The translations under genes were made by a program, and so were the position numbers. The notes beneath the pieces were generated by a model. The model ran no database searches, had not been told where the DNA came from, and worked only from the letters and a program-made list of their open reading frames with translations. Below are positions 47,291 to 58,722 of a stretch of DNA of 64,000 bases, one piece after another (the stretch's first letter is position 1; each line of letters starts with the position of its first letter). The DNA comes from an uncultured bacterium (GTDB taxonomy: Bacteria > Babelota > Babeliae > Babelales > Vermiphilaceae): the NCBI GenBank assembly GCA_963713925.1, contig OY970212.1, forward strand, positions 448,001 to 512,000, read 5' to 3'.

Positions 47291-48640
47291 TTAAAGTTCC
47301 TTTTCGATACATTTTTTAATTTCATGCGATAAGTATGCCATCGCTGTTTCAAGTTTCTCAAGCGACGCGGCTTCGACCATGATTCTGACGCACTGTTCCG
47401 TACCCGAGTTGCGAACGATGATTCTTCCAGTTTCAAGCATATCGTGTGCGGTGTCTACGATGGTTTTTATTGCCGAATGTGTAGTGTCAAGCGGATGCTT
47501 GGTCTTTATATTACGTATTTTTTGCGGGAATCGTTGATAACCGATAGCAATGTCACTTGTTGCCAAAAATAGAGTCAGAAAAAGTGCTGTAAAAATGGCA
47601 TCACTGCTTGCAAGATGATCTTTCATGATGATGTGTCCGGATGGTTCACCACCCAAGAGTGCGTTGTGTTCTGCCATTCGGGCGATAACATGTTTGTCGC
47701 CGACTTGAGTGCGCAGTAATTGTTTACCCTGTTGGATAAGCCAGTGTTCAAAACCAATATTGCTCATCAGCGTTCCGACGATCAGTGTTTCGTCGCGGTA
47801 TCGGGGGTGTTGTGACAAAATCGAAAGAATTTCATCTCCTGTATACAGGAGTCCTGTTGCATCAGCCATGACAATGCGATCGCCGTCGCCATCAAAACTA
47901 AATCCAAGAAACGCACCTTCTGTTATAACCGTATCAATCATTGATTGGGGATGCGTTGCTCCACATTGCTCGTTAATGTTGGTGCCGGTCGGCCTGTTGT
48001 TCACATGGATCGCTTCAATGCCAAAGGCATTAAAAACCAGAGCAGCTAAAGATGAACAGGCGCCATTACCCGCATCAATAATCACTTTCTGAACAATAGG
48101 TTGTGATGTGATTTCTATTTTTTCTCGCACTAGTTGAATATAATCGAGTTCGGCTTGAGTATATCGGTTATACGTTCCCCGTGGTTTGAAGCTGACCGCC
48201 AGCTCTTGACCCATATAATGAGAATACAGTTCAGAAATCAATTGTTCTGCACTCGAGTTGATTTTACCGGTTTGTGCGTCAATAATTTTGATTCCATTGT
48301 CTTGATAGGGATTGTGTGAAGCTGAAAAAACAATGGAACAATGAAAGTTATTTTTTTTTATGAGGCTATGAGCTGCCGGAGTTGGAAGCATTCCCGCGTC
48401 GTGGAAAGCGATCGGATATTGCAAACATTGGCCAACAAAATTCATCATAAGCAGCTGTGCCGACTGTCGAGAATCGTGGCATATGAGCACATGAGCATGA
48501 GGCCCATAGGTCGTCACGATCCAGTCTGCAAGAGCATTGCTTAATGCCCGAAATGATTCATTAGTGAAGGGTTCCATGCCAACGGTAGCACGAATGCCGT
48601 CTGTTCCAAAAAGAGTTTTGTTTTCAAGGGTGTTGGTCAT
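47291..48640 (-). CDS. glmM: Phosphoglucosamine mutase
   Basis: FGTDGIR, SASHNP, FDGDGDR, GGEPSGH, RNSGTE. Confidence 0.92.
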   Translation of the reverse strand: MTNTLENKTLFGTDGIRATVGMEPFTNESFRALSNALADWIVTTYGPHAHVLICHDSRQSAQLLMMNFVGQCLQYPIAFHDAGMLPTPAAHSLIKKNNFHCSIVFSASHNPYQDNGIKIIDAQTGKINSSAEQLISELYSHYMGQELAVSFKPRGTYNRYTQAELDYIQLVREKIEITSQPIVQKVIIDAGNGACSSLAALVFNAFGIEAIHVNNRPTGTNINEQCGATHPQSMIDTVITEGAFLGFSFDGDGDRIVMADATGLLYTGDEILSILSQHPRYRDETLIVGTLMSNIGFEHWLIQQGKQLLRTQVGDKHVIARMAEHNALLGGEPSGHIIMKDHLASSDAIFTALFLTLFLATSDIAIGYQRFPQKIRNIKTKHPLDTTHSAIKTIVDTAHDMLETGRIIVRNSGTEQCVRIMVEAASLEKLETAMAYLSHEIKKCIEKEL

Positions 48641-48832
48641 GCCGTTTTCTAACAAAAAAAGGTTAATTCCCAAAAACCGGTGGTTTTTATATATATCCAA
48701 ATTTTGGGCCCACGCTATTAGCATTGGTTGAAATATAAGAAATAGCGTAAGTATGCATTTTAGTTTACCAGGTTCAGCTTCTGAGGTAAAAATAAATTTT
48801 TAATCAAAATGGATTAGAGAGGCCTTTCCATC

Positions 48833-50005
48833 TTATTGAGCCCGATACGTTTTTATTTTATTCTCAATGTCTTGATCAAAGAGCTTTCTGAATTCAGATT
48901 TTGTTTGGGTTTCATAGGCTTTATAAACAGGAAACTGCGCTATAAACGCGGGGACAAGGCTATCGATGAATGAGTTAACATTGGCCGAGTATGTATTTGG
49001 GAATTTAATTGTTGCCGGAATGATGTTATTGTAGGCACGGGTTTTGCCACTTGCGTAATTTTTCTCGAAATAGTCAAACACTACAGGTTTGAGTTCGTTT
49101 GGCAATTCATTCTTTGGTTGTTTTTGAATGGCCGAAGGAGCTATTTCTTCGGCTCCGTTTTTCTGCTTTGATTGTTGTGCTTTCAATAGAAATCTGTTTT
49201 TAATATCTTGTTCGATTAATTTTTTAAGTTCATTTTTAAGAATCAGTTTACTTGGGTTATCGCTGCTTATTAATGGTTTTATGGCGTTATCAACGAATGC
49301 ATCAATTTTAGCATAAGCACCTTTTGGTATTATAATGCCTGTTTTAATATCGCTTACACTTCTTCGCGTCATTCTTACTGTTCGCAAGAACACTGCATAA
49401 GACAACCACTGTTTTGAATCATTTTTAGAAGCAAAATAAGTGTTAAAATGATCAAGAGCAATCTGTTTTGCCAAGTCTGCAGATGTCATGCTGAAAATAT
49501 CATTTATTTTCGCTGAAAATTCGCTGTCATATTCTGTGAACTCTTTGTAAAGAGGATCATACAAATAAGTGCCAACGTTTTCTTTTTGATCGGGCAGATT
49601 CAATATTTGTTTTAGATAATAAACATCTTCCGACTTCGTCTTTTTAAAAATGTCATCTTTCACCAGGTTGACAATCGCTAATCCGACTAATGTTTCTCTA
49701 TTTGTATCATCAGGTTTTTCAAAATGCATGATACGTATTTTTTGCAATAATTGTTTTTTCTTTGCTCCATCTGTTCTATATTCAGTTTTTACTGCATTTT
49801 GAAATTGCTGAAGAACTGTTTTGATCGAAGAGGCGGCGGGAGATATGGAAGGCAATCCAGGGCCCGATACTTCCGGATTGCTGTACATGCGAGCAATTTC
49901 GCGTATTCTTTGCCACCAAGATTTATTTGTGGAGCCATTTCCAGATTCTATGGTCAACGCTGTTGTGCACGTAATAATGAGAACTATTTTTTTGCAATGT
50001 TTCAT
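48833..50005 (-). CDS. Secreted helical hypothetical protein with an internal duplication
   Basis: Signal peptide; two similar units (Y.A.I.AFVD.....K.E.K.L..QDI.N). Confidence 0.6.
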   Translation of the reverse strand: MKHCKKIVLIITCTTALTIESGNGSTNKSWWQRIREIARMYSNPEVSGPGLPSISPAASSIKTVLQQFQNAVKTEYRTDGAKKKQLLQKIRIMHFEKPDDTNRETLVGLAIVNLVKDDIFKKTKSEDVYYLKQILNLPDQKENVGTYLYDPLYKEFTEYDSEFSAKINDIFSMTSADLAKQIALDHFNTYFASKNDSKQWLSYAVFLRTVRMTRRSVSDIKTGIIIPKGAYAKIDAFVDNAIKPLISSDNPSKLILKNELKKLIEQDIKNRFLLKAQQSKQKNGAEEIAPSAIQKQPKNELPNELKPVVFDYFEKNYASGKTRAYNNIIPATIKFPNTYSANVNSFIDSLVPAFIAQFPVYKAYETQTKSEFRKLFDQDIENKIKTYRAQ

Positions 50006-50085
50006 ATACATTCCTTCTCTTTGGTTATCCATATTGGACAGTATCACGTGTTGTACTTGGGAATCAATGCTCTGTTGTTTCGTAG

Positions 50086-51168
<1,083 letters not shown>

Positions 51169-51323
51169 AAAAGTTGTATCGCGATTTTCAAATAAAACAT
51201 CTCCAGTTTTCGCCATTCGAATGGATTTTGTCCATGCTTACGCTGCGCTCACATTGGCTTCTTATCGGGATCCCAAAATAGCACGATCTACTGTGTCAAA
51301 CTGTCCGAATGTTAAATTTTGTC

Positions 51324-51541
51324 CGTTCGAATGGATTCGACTGCGTTTATACCCCAATTTCGCTTACGCTCTATCGGGGACCCCAAAATTAACTCCGCTC
51401 ATCACGAACGGCTAGTTGCTTTCACCCGCTACGAGCGGAACTTTTTTAGGTTATATTCATTTATTCACTCTACAGTCAAACAAAAAACTTCACCCGCGCT
51501 CGTGGTGAGCGCAATGTAATGGAGTCGAATCCATTCGAACG
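51324..51541. mobile_element. MITE/REPIN-like inverted doublet of family-B elements; left arm carries a nested family-G element (51352-51384)
   Basis: Perfect 19-bp terminal inverted repeat CGTTCGAATGGATTCGACT (51324-51342 / 51523-51541) and 12/14 inner IR; degenerate extra arm near 51215. Confidence 0.7.
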
Positions 51542-51625
51542 CAGATTCTCAAAACTCAGCGCACCTAATTCTTGCTATTTTTCAAGCGATCATGATATCT
51601 CTTTAAAATGGTTGAAGGAGATATC

Positions 51626-52141
51626 ATGATTAACAAATTGTCATCGAGATCGATTCTATTTGCGATCATTTTATTGGTTTTTCTTATCTTTACTATTTTT
51701 TTCACGTGGTTTCAATATAAAGACGATCTGGGCAGCAAGATGGTTTCCGATATAGCCCGATTAGCAGCGATCATGAAAAAGATTGATGCAACTGCCGGCA
51801 TATTGAATTTTGATTTTGACAAAAATCCGATTAATTTTCTTACTATCAAGAAAGGTGGCTTTGTCGGCTCTGAGGTTGGTGCACTCAATTTAAAACACGC
51901 AAAACGATGGGATGGGCCCTATCTGCCAGTCACACCAACGATCGAAGGCCAAGAGTATATTGTGCTCAAAAATAAAAATGGCCTCTACGTAACGCTTGCA
52001 GATGGCGTCAATTTGCCCAATAAGAAGCAGATTGGAAAAGACATTATACTTGATTACAATGCCAACGTTGAAGATCTTATCCGTGACCCGAATGGATTAT
52101 CATACAAAGGTCAGCCGCTGGCGATTAAAATTATTGAATGA
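51626..52141 (+). CDS. GspG/pseudopilin-like single-TM protein
   Basis: AAGGAG RBS; N-terminal TM, SDI..L..I helix, RWDGPYL motif of GspG; no G|F prepilin cleavage site. Confidence 0.55.
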   Translation: MINKLSSRSILFAIILLVFLIFTIFFTWFQYKDDLGSKMVSDIARLAAIMKKIDATAGILNFDFDKNPINFLTIKKGGFVGSEVGALNLKHAKRWDGPYLPVTPTIEGQEYIVLKNKNGLYVTLADGVNLPNKKQIGKDIILDYNANVEDLIRDPNGLSYKGQPLAIKIIE

Positions 52142-52682
52142 GTTGATCCGATTTCGCGGGAAGTTGACTTTTGAGCGCAGCAACTTCGTCTTTTAGGTCT
52201 AGTATAGAGCGCAGTTTGCTGATTTCGCTAATACGCAACATGCGACAGTCTTTATTTTTTACGGCATTATTAGTCAAAAAGCAACCTGTGAATGATAACA
52301 ATGTACCAGCAAGCGAACCAAACAAAGCCTCATAAGCGGAAGTACTCAATGAGACAAAAGATCCTCCAGTGCATAAGATGCCTGTGACTGCGCATGTTCC
52401 CTGAATTGTCAAAAGGGTATCATATGATGCGTTTTGTGTATCTTCTTGAGTGATAAGATTGTTGTAATGATCCGTAATTAACTTCTTTATTGAGAGAATA
52501 TCTGCTGTTTGTCCAGATAATCTTTTCGTATCTATAATATCGGTTATTTCTTTTGTTTCATAATAATCAATTGGAACTCTGGTAGGTTTTTCCAGAATTT
52601 GCTGAATTCGCGCAATTTCATTTGCCTGAACACAAATCGATATGAGTGCAACCGTTAAGGTTATAACATTCTTTATTTTCAT
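52131..52682 (-). CDS. Secreted hypothetical protein with a bilobed hydrophobic hairpin
   Basis: Signal peptide; Gly/Cys-rich two-TM segment followed by coiled-coil. Confidence 0.6.
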   Translation of the reverse strand: MKIKNVITLTVALISICVQANEIARIQQILEKPTRVPIDYYETKEITDIIDTKRLSGQTADILSIKKLITDHYNNLITQEDTQNASYDTLLTIQGTCAVTGILCTGGSFVSLSTSAYEALFGSLAGTLLSFTGCFLTNNAVKNKDCRMLRISEISKLRSILDLKDEVAALKSQLPAKSDQLIQ

Positions 52683-52773
52683 GATTTTTACCTCATTTAA
52701 AAAAACGTAATCATCCTAACCTTAGCATAGAGTTATGAGGTATAGCAAACGGTGAGTTTTCTATTTGAAAACC

Positions 52774-55026
52774 CTAAACCTTATTCACAAACGCTGCCGA
52801 CACCTTTTTAACACCGACGCCTTTAAAAGCAATAGTCAAAATGGTCGCCGATCCTTTGACTTCAACCTCGGTGATAAGTCCGCTGCCAAAGGTGGGATGT
52901 TGCACCGGTTGGTGTTTTTTCCATTCTGAAGATTCCTGCGCTTTTTGCGCCTGTGAAGAACTAACCACTTTTTTTGCCGGTTTGATTGACCGATCCGACG
53001 GCACAGCTGACTTTTTTTGCTCTGTGTATGCTATTTGCGCAGGCTTTCCCGAAAGCCAATGGTTGAAAGTCAGAGGAAGTCCACCCATGGTTTGTTGGGT
53101 GATTTCGTGGGTAGTGGCCAAAGAGTTTGGAATTTCTCTTAAAAAGCGGGACGGCTTTTGATCATTCATCGACCCAAAGCTGTAGCGATAGCGGCTGTTG
53201 GTGATCAATAAATATTCTCGCGCCCGAGTGATGCCTACATAGAGCAGGCGCCGCTCTTCTTCGACCGCATCCGCATCAGTCAGTGATCGAGAGCTCGGCA
53301 ACAATCCTTCCTCAAGCCCTGAAAGAATGACAAAATCAAATTCAAGCCCTTTGGCGGCATGAAGCGTCATGAGTAAAACGGTGACGCCGGAAGTGTCTTG
53401 CGTTTGTTTGTAGTTTTCCTGCATAAGCGCAATATCATCAAGAAGTTCGCCAAGTTTGAGCTCTTTTGTTTGTTGCATGTAATCGATTGCGCGCGATAAT
53501 TCTTTGATGTTTGCCAATCGGTCAGCTGATTCAGGACCCGGATATTCTTCTGTGATGTAGCTCTTGTATTTGGTGCGTGCGATAATCATCTCGAGTGCTT
53601 TTCCAGGAGCCATTTCAGAAGTGATTCCTTCAAAGACTGTCAAAAATGAGATAATAGCATCTTTTTTAGTTTTTGGTTGCTCTTCTCTGAGCAATTTCAA
53701 AATATCTTGAAACTGGAGCAGTGGTTCTCGTGCCCACGCATCAAGCAGTTGCTCTTCAAATTTTGCTCCCAAACCCCGGCCGGGTGTGTTAATGACGCGC
53801 AGCAAGCTCGTGCGATCAAACGGATTGACCACCAGTTTGAGATAGGCGAGCAAATCTTTAATTTCTTTTCGCTCATAGAATTGCACGCCGCCGATCATTT
53901 TGTATGAAATGCCCTGTTTGACAAGCACTTCTTCGATTGATCGTGATTGAAAGTGAGTGCGATACAAAACGGCAATCGTATTGTTTTTATGAGCTGTGCG
54001 CGAGGCCTTAATTGCACATGCAATCGTATCAGCCTCGTTATAATCAGAAAGACAGGTCATCACCTTGATGCGATGTTGTCCGGCTTTGGTCGACCATAAT
54101 TTTTTTGGGTTGCGCTTGCTATTGTTGATGATGACATGGTTTGCTGCATTCAATATAGGTTGCGCGGAACGATAGTTTTGTTCGATGGTGATGGTGCGTG
54201 CCTGAGGAAAATCTTTTTTAAATTCAACAATATTGGCAATCGTTGCCCCGCGCCAGGAATAAATCGACTGGTCTTCATCGCCCACAACGCAGAGTGAATC
54301 GATAGCAAGTGCTTTGTTTTGATCAAGCGCGATACATTTGAGCAGTTCATGTTGTACGACGTTGGTATCTTGATATTCATCGACGAGCATGTGGCGAATT
54401 TTATGTTGAAACTGAGTTCGAAATCCGGGATTGTTTTTAAACAAAGCCACCGTTTCGAGCAACAAATCATCAAAATCAAGGCATTTGCTCAAGCGTTTTT
54501 CATGCTCATACAGACGATATATGCTCAAGAGCTGCTCGTTATCAATGCCACTTTCAATCTGCGTTATTCGAGTATTTTTAATTTGTGAAAGGGCATAGGC
54601 AACTTGCTTGGCGGTCAACTGTTTTTGCAGATTGGCGCGAGCAATGATCGATTGAATAAGCTTTATTTGATCATCTTCATCCATGATTGATTCAAAAGGA
54701 TGTGTAAGCAGATGTTTATTTTGTTTGAGCAAGCGCAGACAATAGGCATGAAACGTGCCGACAAACGGGAGCTCAACGGCATTGTTGCTCATGTGTCCAA
54801 TGCGCTCTTTCATTTCTTGTGCCGCTTTGTTGGTAAAGGTAAGCGCAACGATCGATGAAGCAGGAATTGCATGATTCATCAGAAGATTTGCAATGCGCGA
54901 AGTGATGACGCGCGTTTTTCCCGATCCGGCACCGGCAATCACCAAAGAAACTCCATTGATTTCAACAACCGCTTGCTTTTGCGACGGGTTCAAATGTTCA
55001 AGACTAAAAGCGGAACTGTTGTTCAT
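52774..55026 (-). CDS. pcrA: ATP-dependent DNA helicase PcrA/UvrD
   Basis: AGAGSGKT, TFTNKAA, DEYQDTN, GDEDQSIYSWRGA, TLHAAKGLEF, EERRLLYVGITRA, C-terminal Tudor. Confidence 0.96.
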   Translation of the reverse strand: MNNSSAFSLEHLNPSQKQAVVEINGVSLVIAGAGSGKTRVITSRIANLLMNHAIPASSIVALTFTNKAAQEMKERIGHMSNNAVELPFVGTFHAYCLRLLKQNKHLLTHPFESIMDEDDQIKLIQSIIARANLQKQLTAKQVAYALSQIKNTRITQIESGIDNEQLLSIYRLYEHEKRLSKCLDFDDLLLETVALFKNNPGFRTQFQHKIRHMLVDEYQDTNVVQHELLKCIALDQNKALAIDSLCVVGDEDQSIYSWRGATIANIVEFKKDFPQARTITIEQNYRSAQPILNAANHVIINNSKRNPKKLWSTKAGQHRIKVMTCLSDYNEADTIACAIKASRTAHKNNTIAVLYRTHFQSRSIEEVLVKQGISYKMIGGVQFYERKEIKDLLAYLKLVVNPFDRTSLLRVINTPGRGLGAKFEEQLLDAWAREPLLQFQDILKLLREEQPKTKKDAIISFLTVFEGITSEMAPGKALEMIIARTKYKSYITEEYPGPESADRLANIKELSRAIDYMQQTKELKLGELLDDIALMQENYKQTQDTSGVTVLLMTLHAAKGLEFDFVILSGLEEGLLPSSRSLTDADAVEEERRLLYVGITRAREYLLITNSRYRYSFGSMNDQKPSRFLREIPNSLATTHEITQQTMGGLPLTFNHWLSGKPAQIAYTEQKKSAVPSDRSIKPAKKVVSSSQAQKAQESSEWKKHQPVQHPTFGSGLITEVEVKGSATILTIAFKGVGVKKVSAAFVNKV

Positions 55027-55116
55027 GGAGAATCCTTTACAGATGAAAGAAACGATCTTCTCAAGTGTAACGAAAAGTTATTAAGTTGCCATTAAAATTC
55101 GGAGCCTTCAAAGCTC

Positions 55117-55146
55117 TTGTCCCGACATAGCCTTGGCGACGTCGGA
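55117..55146 (+). repeat. Solo family-A palindrome
   Basis: TTGTCCCGACATAGCCTTGGCGACGTCGGA has the same bulged architecture as 63310-63342. Confidence 0.6.
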
Positions 55147-55183
55147 TTCGCATCTCTCCTGCTCGATTGAGTATGTAATCTTA

Positions 55184-55786
55184 TCAAAAGCCAAACCTGT
55201 CATTTTTGTCAAATGCTCTTGTGCAAGTAATAATGCCTTCGAGATCGGTACTTTTTGTCACTGTTATTTTACCGGGTGTTGGATCAATGGGTTCGGCGGA
55301 ATCAAGAATGGTTTGAAGATATAGCTTTCTTCGAGCTTTTTGTACATCGAGATAATATGTCTTTGCGTCGGATAATCTTTTTGCGTCGCGTACTCCATTT
55401 GTTGATTCGGTCGCTTTACCGGTTACTTTTTTTAAGTTTTTTGCCGAATCGGGGTTAATTTTTTTTAAAGTAGGGATATAGTTTGCTTTTACGGGTGCGG
55501 GAATTTGTTGCAGGTATTGTTCTCGCGCGTCTGTTTTCTTTTTTTCCATGATTTCTTGCGCAGCTTTGTTTTTTTTGTGTTCGGCAAGTTTAATTGCTGA
55601 TGCTAATGCTTGATTTCGCAATTCTTTTTGCACATCCGGCATTACCTGTCTTTTTAATTTTTCTCGCGCATCTTCAATTTCATCTTGAAGAAAAACTGAC
55701 ATAGTCATGGAATTTTGGCTACAGAAAATTGCTTGAGATGATAAGGCTGAGAAAAGAAGCAATAATGAAATTTTAATATGTGACAT
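55184..55786 (-). CDS. Secreted basic coiled-coil hypothetical protein
   Basis: AAGGAG RBS, signal peptide, Lys-rich helices. Confidence 0.6.
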   Translation of the reverse strand: MSHIKISLLLLFSALSSQAIFCSQNSMTMSVFLQDEIEDAREKLKRQVMPDVQKELRNQALASAIKLAEHKKNKAAQEIMEKKKTDAREQYLQQIPAPVKANYIPTLKKINPDSAKNLKKVTGKATESTNGVRDAKRLSDAKTYYLDVQKARRKLYLQTILDSAEPIDPTPGKITVTKSTDLEGIITCTRAFDKNDRFGF

Positions 55787-55839
55787 AAGAACTCCTTTGT
55801 GGCTCTTTGCTGGTGGAAAACAACTCCATCCATTTTAAC

Positions 55840-55867
55840 AAAAAGGAGATGCTTTCGCATCTCCTTT
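55840..55867 (-). terminator. Rho-independent terminator
   Basis: AAAGGAGATGC-TTTC-GCATCTCCTTT (GAAA loop on minus strand) with A run. Confidence 0.8.
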
Positions 55868-55892
55868 AAAAAGTCTGATGACTTTTGAAGAT

Positions 55893-56414
55893 TTATTTCG
55901 AGCCGAAAATTCTTGCGAAAACACCCTTTGCTGCCTCTTCTTGTTTTCCTACAGCGACACCATGTTCATATATAGCGGTAAATTCTTTTGCGGAGTATTC
56001 ATTGGTTCCCTTGACACCCATTCTTGCATCCAACTCTTTTTCAAAGCGTCTCAATACTCTTTTGCTTATTTTTGGTATCTGAGAATATGAGTCGGTGAAT
56101 TCATTTAAAAGCGCTTGTTTATTTCTTTTTACATCTTTTATGGCCGTTAGAATTTCTGCTGTTGTGATTTCTGAAATTTTGCCATCTTTTTTCTTATATT
56201 CTCTCTGAGTGTCCTTTATGATTTGTTCATTATAATGGTCATTTATTATTTCTGATGCTCTGCTGTGTTTGTAGAGTTCTGCGGCGGTTGAAACATATTC
56301 TTCTTCCAGCCTGAGTGTGGTGCTCAAGCAAGCGCTTGTATCCCAAGCGTTTTCGGAAGCGGTTATTCTAAGAGATACAAGTGACAACAGGGAAAGATAC
56401 ATAATTTTCGACAT
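55893..56414 (-). CDS. Secreted helical protein with amphipathic C-terminus (KGVFARIFGSK)
   Basis: Start MSKIMYL with AAGGAG RBS; signal peptide. Confidence 0.6.
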   Translation of the reverse strand: MSKIMYLSLLSLVSLRITASENAWDTSACLSTTLRLEEEYVSTAAELYKHSRASEIINDHYNEQIIKDTQREYKKKDGKISEITTAEILTAIKDVKRNKQALLNEFTDSYSQIPKISKRVLRRFEKELDARMGVKGTNEYSAKEFTAIYEHGVAVGKQEEAAKGVFARIFGSK

Positions 56415-56565
56415 AGGCACTCCTTCATACAGTAGTCGAAATTGAAACTTCATGAGTTGAGCATGGTTATACCATGCAAAAACATTTTCATCATATGCAT
56501 AAGATTTTAGAAATTTCAAGGAAGTTTTTTTTAAGAGACGCGAGAGCAAAATGAGGCCGCGCAGA

Positions 56566-56976
56566 TTATTTAACAGGGAGAAGGTCCTCCAAGTCGGTGA
56601 TTTTCATGATAAGTTTTGTTCGAACCTTTTTGCCAGTTGTAAGATATCGAACGGTTCCATCATAGTCGCAAATGAGCCTTCCTCGGGTCGGGTTGGGCGT
56701 GTCTTTGTAATAGCAATAGAGCATAAGAGTTCCGTCCCAATCGTAGACCGATTCCCTATATATTTTTGCATTCGCGGTGAGATATGGGGCAGCCGACACA
56801 TTACGATTTCGTTCACGATGTTGCTCCTCGCCGCTCTTTACGGGGAGCGCGGCATATTTGTCGGCGCATCCTGTTTTGATAGCGGCTATGTGCGGCAGCC
56901 TTCGGCGCGGCGTTTGGGCACAAAAAATTTTTCCCCCCAGCAATAGAAAGAATGAAAAAAGAATAATACGCTTCAT
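56566..56976 (-). CDS. Secreted hypothetical protein
   Basis: GAGG RBS; MKRIILFSFFLLLGGKIFCA signal. Confidence 0.55.
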   Translation of the reverse strand: MKRIILFSFFLLLGGKIFCAQTPRRRLPHIAAIKTGCADKYAALPVKSGEEQHRERNRNVSAAPYLTANAKIYRESVYDWDGTLMLYCYYKDTPNPTRGRLICDYDGTVRYLTTGKKVRTKLIMKITDLEDLLPVK

Positions 56977-56988
56977 TACTATCCTCTC

Positions 56989-57357
56989 TTACTCATTTAT
57001 ATGCCAGCTCTTCAAAGATCCGTCAGGTATGCCATTGTATCCACGATTGTCTTGCGACTTTGTGTTCGGATTGTTGTGTTGAGTTTGAGCAAATGATCGA
57101 TTTACCGAGCTATCGAGTAATACTACTATTGCATCATCATCGCATGAATGTACTGACTGATACAAGTTTTCCAGAGATCCCTCATAGTTAATGAACAAAA
57201 CTTTTTGATTATTATAAAAAAAATATTTTCCCGGCATAAAAGGAGCGGGCTTGGGTTGTTGGGAACTGGGTTCAATGGGAGGTGTTTGGTGTTGGTCCAT
57301 GCAGAGAACACTTTGGGCAGCAGAACAGATCAACAAGGAAATAATATGTTTTATCAT
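56989..57357 (-). CDS. Secreted hypothetical protein
   Basis: AGGAG RBS; MIKHIISLLICSAAQSVLCMD signal. Confidence 0.55.
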   Translation of the reverse strand: MIKHIISLLICSAAQSVLCMDQHQTPPIEPSSQQPKPAPFMPGKYFFYNNQKVLFINYEGSLENLYQSVHSCDDDAIVVLLDSSVNRSFAQTQHNNPNTKSQDNRGYNGIPDGSLKSWHINE

Positions 57358-57428
57358 TTTGAAACTCCTGTATAGGTGTGTTTTTAATGCCATATAGTGT
57401 ATCGACAAAGCGTTCAAATTCAAGAAAT

Positions 57429-57464
57429 AAAAAAGAGGAGACTCATACGAGTATCTCCTCTTTT
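57429..57464 (-). terminator. Rho-independent terminator
   Basis: AAAAGAGGAGA..CTC-ATAC-GAG..TCTCCTCTTTT long stem with A run. Confidence 0.75.
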
Positions 57465-57489
57465 AAATATTCGCTTGCGACTTTAAAAA

Positions 57490-58689
57490 TTACTTTTGTC
57501 CCCACAAGTTCAACGGATTAAGCTTACTCAGCGAGCTCAGCAAACTGGTGGCTTGTGCAGGTACAGTTGGTATGACAATGTCTGTTTTTTCAGGCAATGG
57601 TGGCCGTATTAAAAACTGACCTTGATTTGGTCCACCCGCAACAATTGCCCGTCCGGAAGCGCTTACGTTGTAATACATGACGCCCTTCATGATGTGGGCG
57701 ATCGGAGTATCTTGTTCAAGTAAGGTGTTCCATATGTTGATGCCGTCCATACCGACGCCGATAACGTATTGAGTTCCGATTCCCGAAAAGCAACAATCTT
57801 CCATCGAGTAAAACCAATTTTTATAAATATTTGATGGAACTGCATTGAGGCTTTTGAGGCAATTTCCCGTTTGCAGATCCCAAACGCGCACGTTCAAATC
57901 GGCGCAACTCACTGCTCGGGGGACGCCGTTTGTGAGCTTAACGCTTGAGGCATGGGAGGTGTGTCCTTTCAGTGTCGGCAAAAAAGATTGTATCGACGGA
58001 TCATATATTTGTATGTTGTGAGCATCATCGGTGAATGCGGCTTTGATCCATCCGGAATAATGTAAAAGAGACAAAAATTGTGCTTGAGTCGGGATATCGG
58101 TTGTCTTTTCCCTTTTGTGAGAAACGATTGCTATGCCGTCTTGCGATTTTGTCGCATAATGGAGCGTGTTTTCGGGGTCGAAAAGAGCAAAGGATCTTCC
58201 AATATTTTTGGTGGTTATTTTTTCATTCGTGATTGGTTGTACTGAACCTTGCGACCATTCATAGAGCAAAATACCAAGGGTATGTTCCTTGTCTTGCGGG
58301 AGAGAGACTGCGGCATGGAGCTTATCGTTCGAAAGGGTAACGTCCCACTGTTCTTTGTTGAAGATCATACCTTCATCAACATCGATATCAGCCCATCGAA
58401 TAGGATTTCCTATTCCGAATTTGCATATATTGAGGCGATTTCCGACCCAAGCGATAAAATGATTTTCATTGCATGCGCTTGGTCCGCTATTTATGCGATT
58501 GTCCTGATAAGGCCACGGTATCACAGCATCGGAATACGTTGTATCAGCAATCAACTGTGGAAGCATATTTTCATGGAGCTTCTTTCCGCGGGACGCTTGA
58601 GGCGTCATATCCGTTTGATTGTCTGCACACATAACAGATGCACCATAAAACGACAGGAACAGTATTAATCTTGTTTTCAAAAACTTCAT
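57490..58689 (-). CDS. Secreted WD40-repeat protein, paralogue 1
   Basis: LKGHTSHASSV...VRVWDLQTGNCLKSL canonical WD40; signal peptide. Confidence 0.8.
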   Translation of the reverse strand: MKFLKTRLILFLSFYGASVMCADNQTDMTPQASRGKKLHENMLPQLIADTTYSDAVIPWPYQDNRINSGPSACNENHFIAWVGNRLNICKFGIGNPIRWADIDVDEGMIFNKEQWDVTLSNDKLHAAVSLPQDKEHTLGILLYEWSQGSVQPITNEKITTKNIGRSFALFDPENTLHYATKSQDGIAIVSHKREKTTDIPTQAQFLSLLHYSGWIKAAFTDDAHNIQIYDPSIQSFLPTLKGHTSHASSVKLTNGVPRAVSCADLNVRVWDLQTGNCLKSLNAVPSNIYKNWFYSMEDCCFSGIGTQYVIGVGMDGINIWNTLLEQDTPIAHIMKGVMYYNVSASGRAIVAGGPNQGQFLIRPPLPEKTDIVIPTVPAQATSLLSSLSKLNPLNLWGQK

Positions 58690-58722
58690 AGAATATCCTC
58701 TTTTATCAAGATGATTTTAAAA

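Noticed and set aside
51221..51519. 64-66 aa ORFs downstream of trpS
   Set aside because: They lie within the inverted-repeat element and have no RBS or protein-like features.
56551..56946. 131-aa plus-strand ORF
   Set aside because: It is antisense to a minus-strand ORF that has a signal peptide and RBS and fits the surrounding minus-strand gene run.
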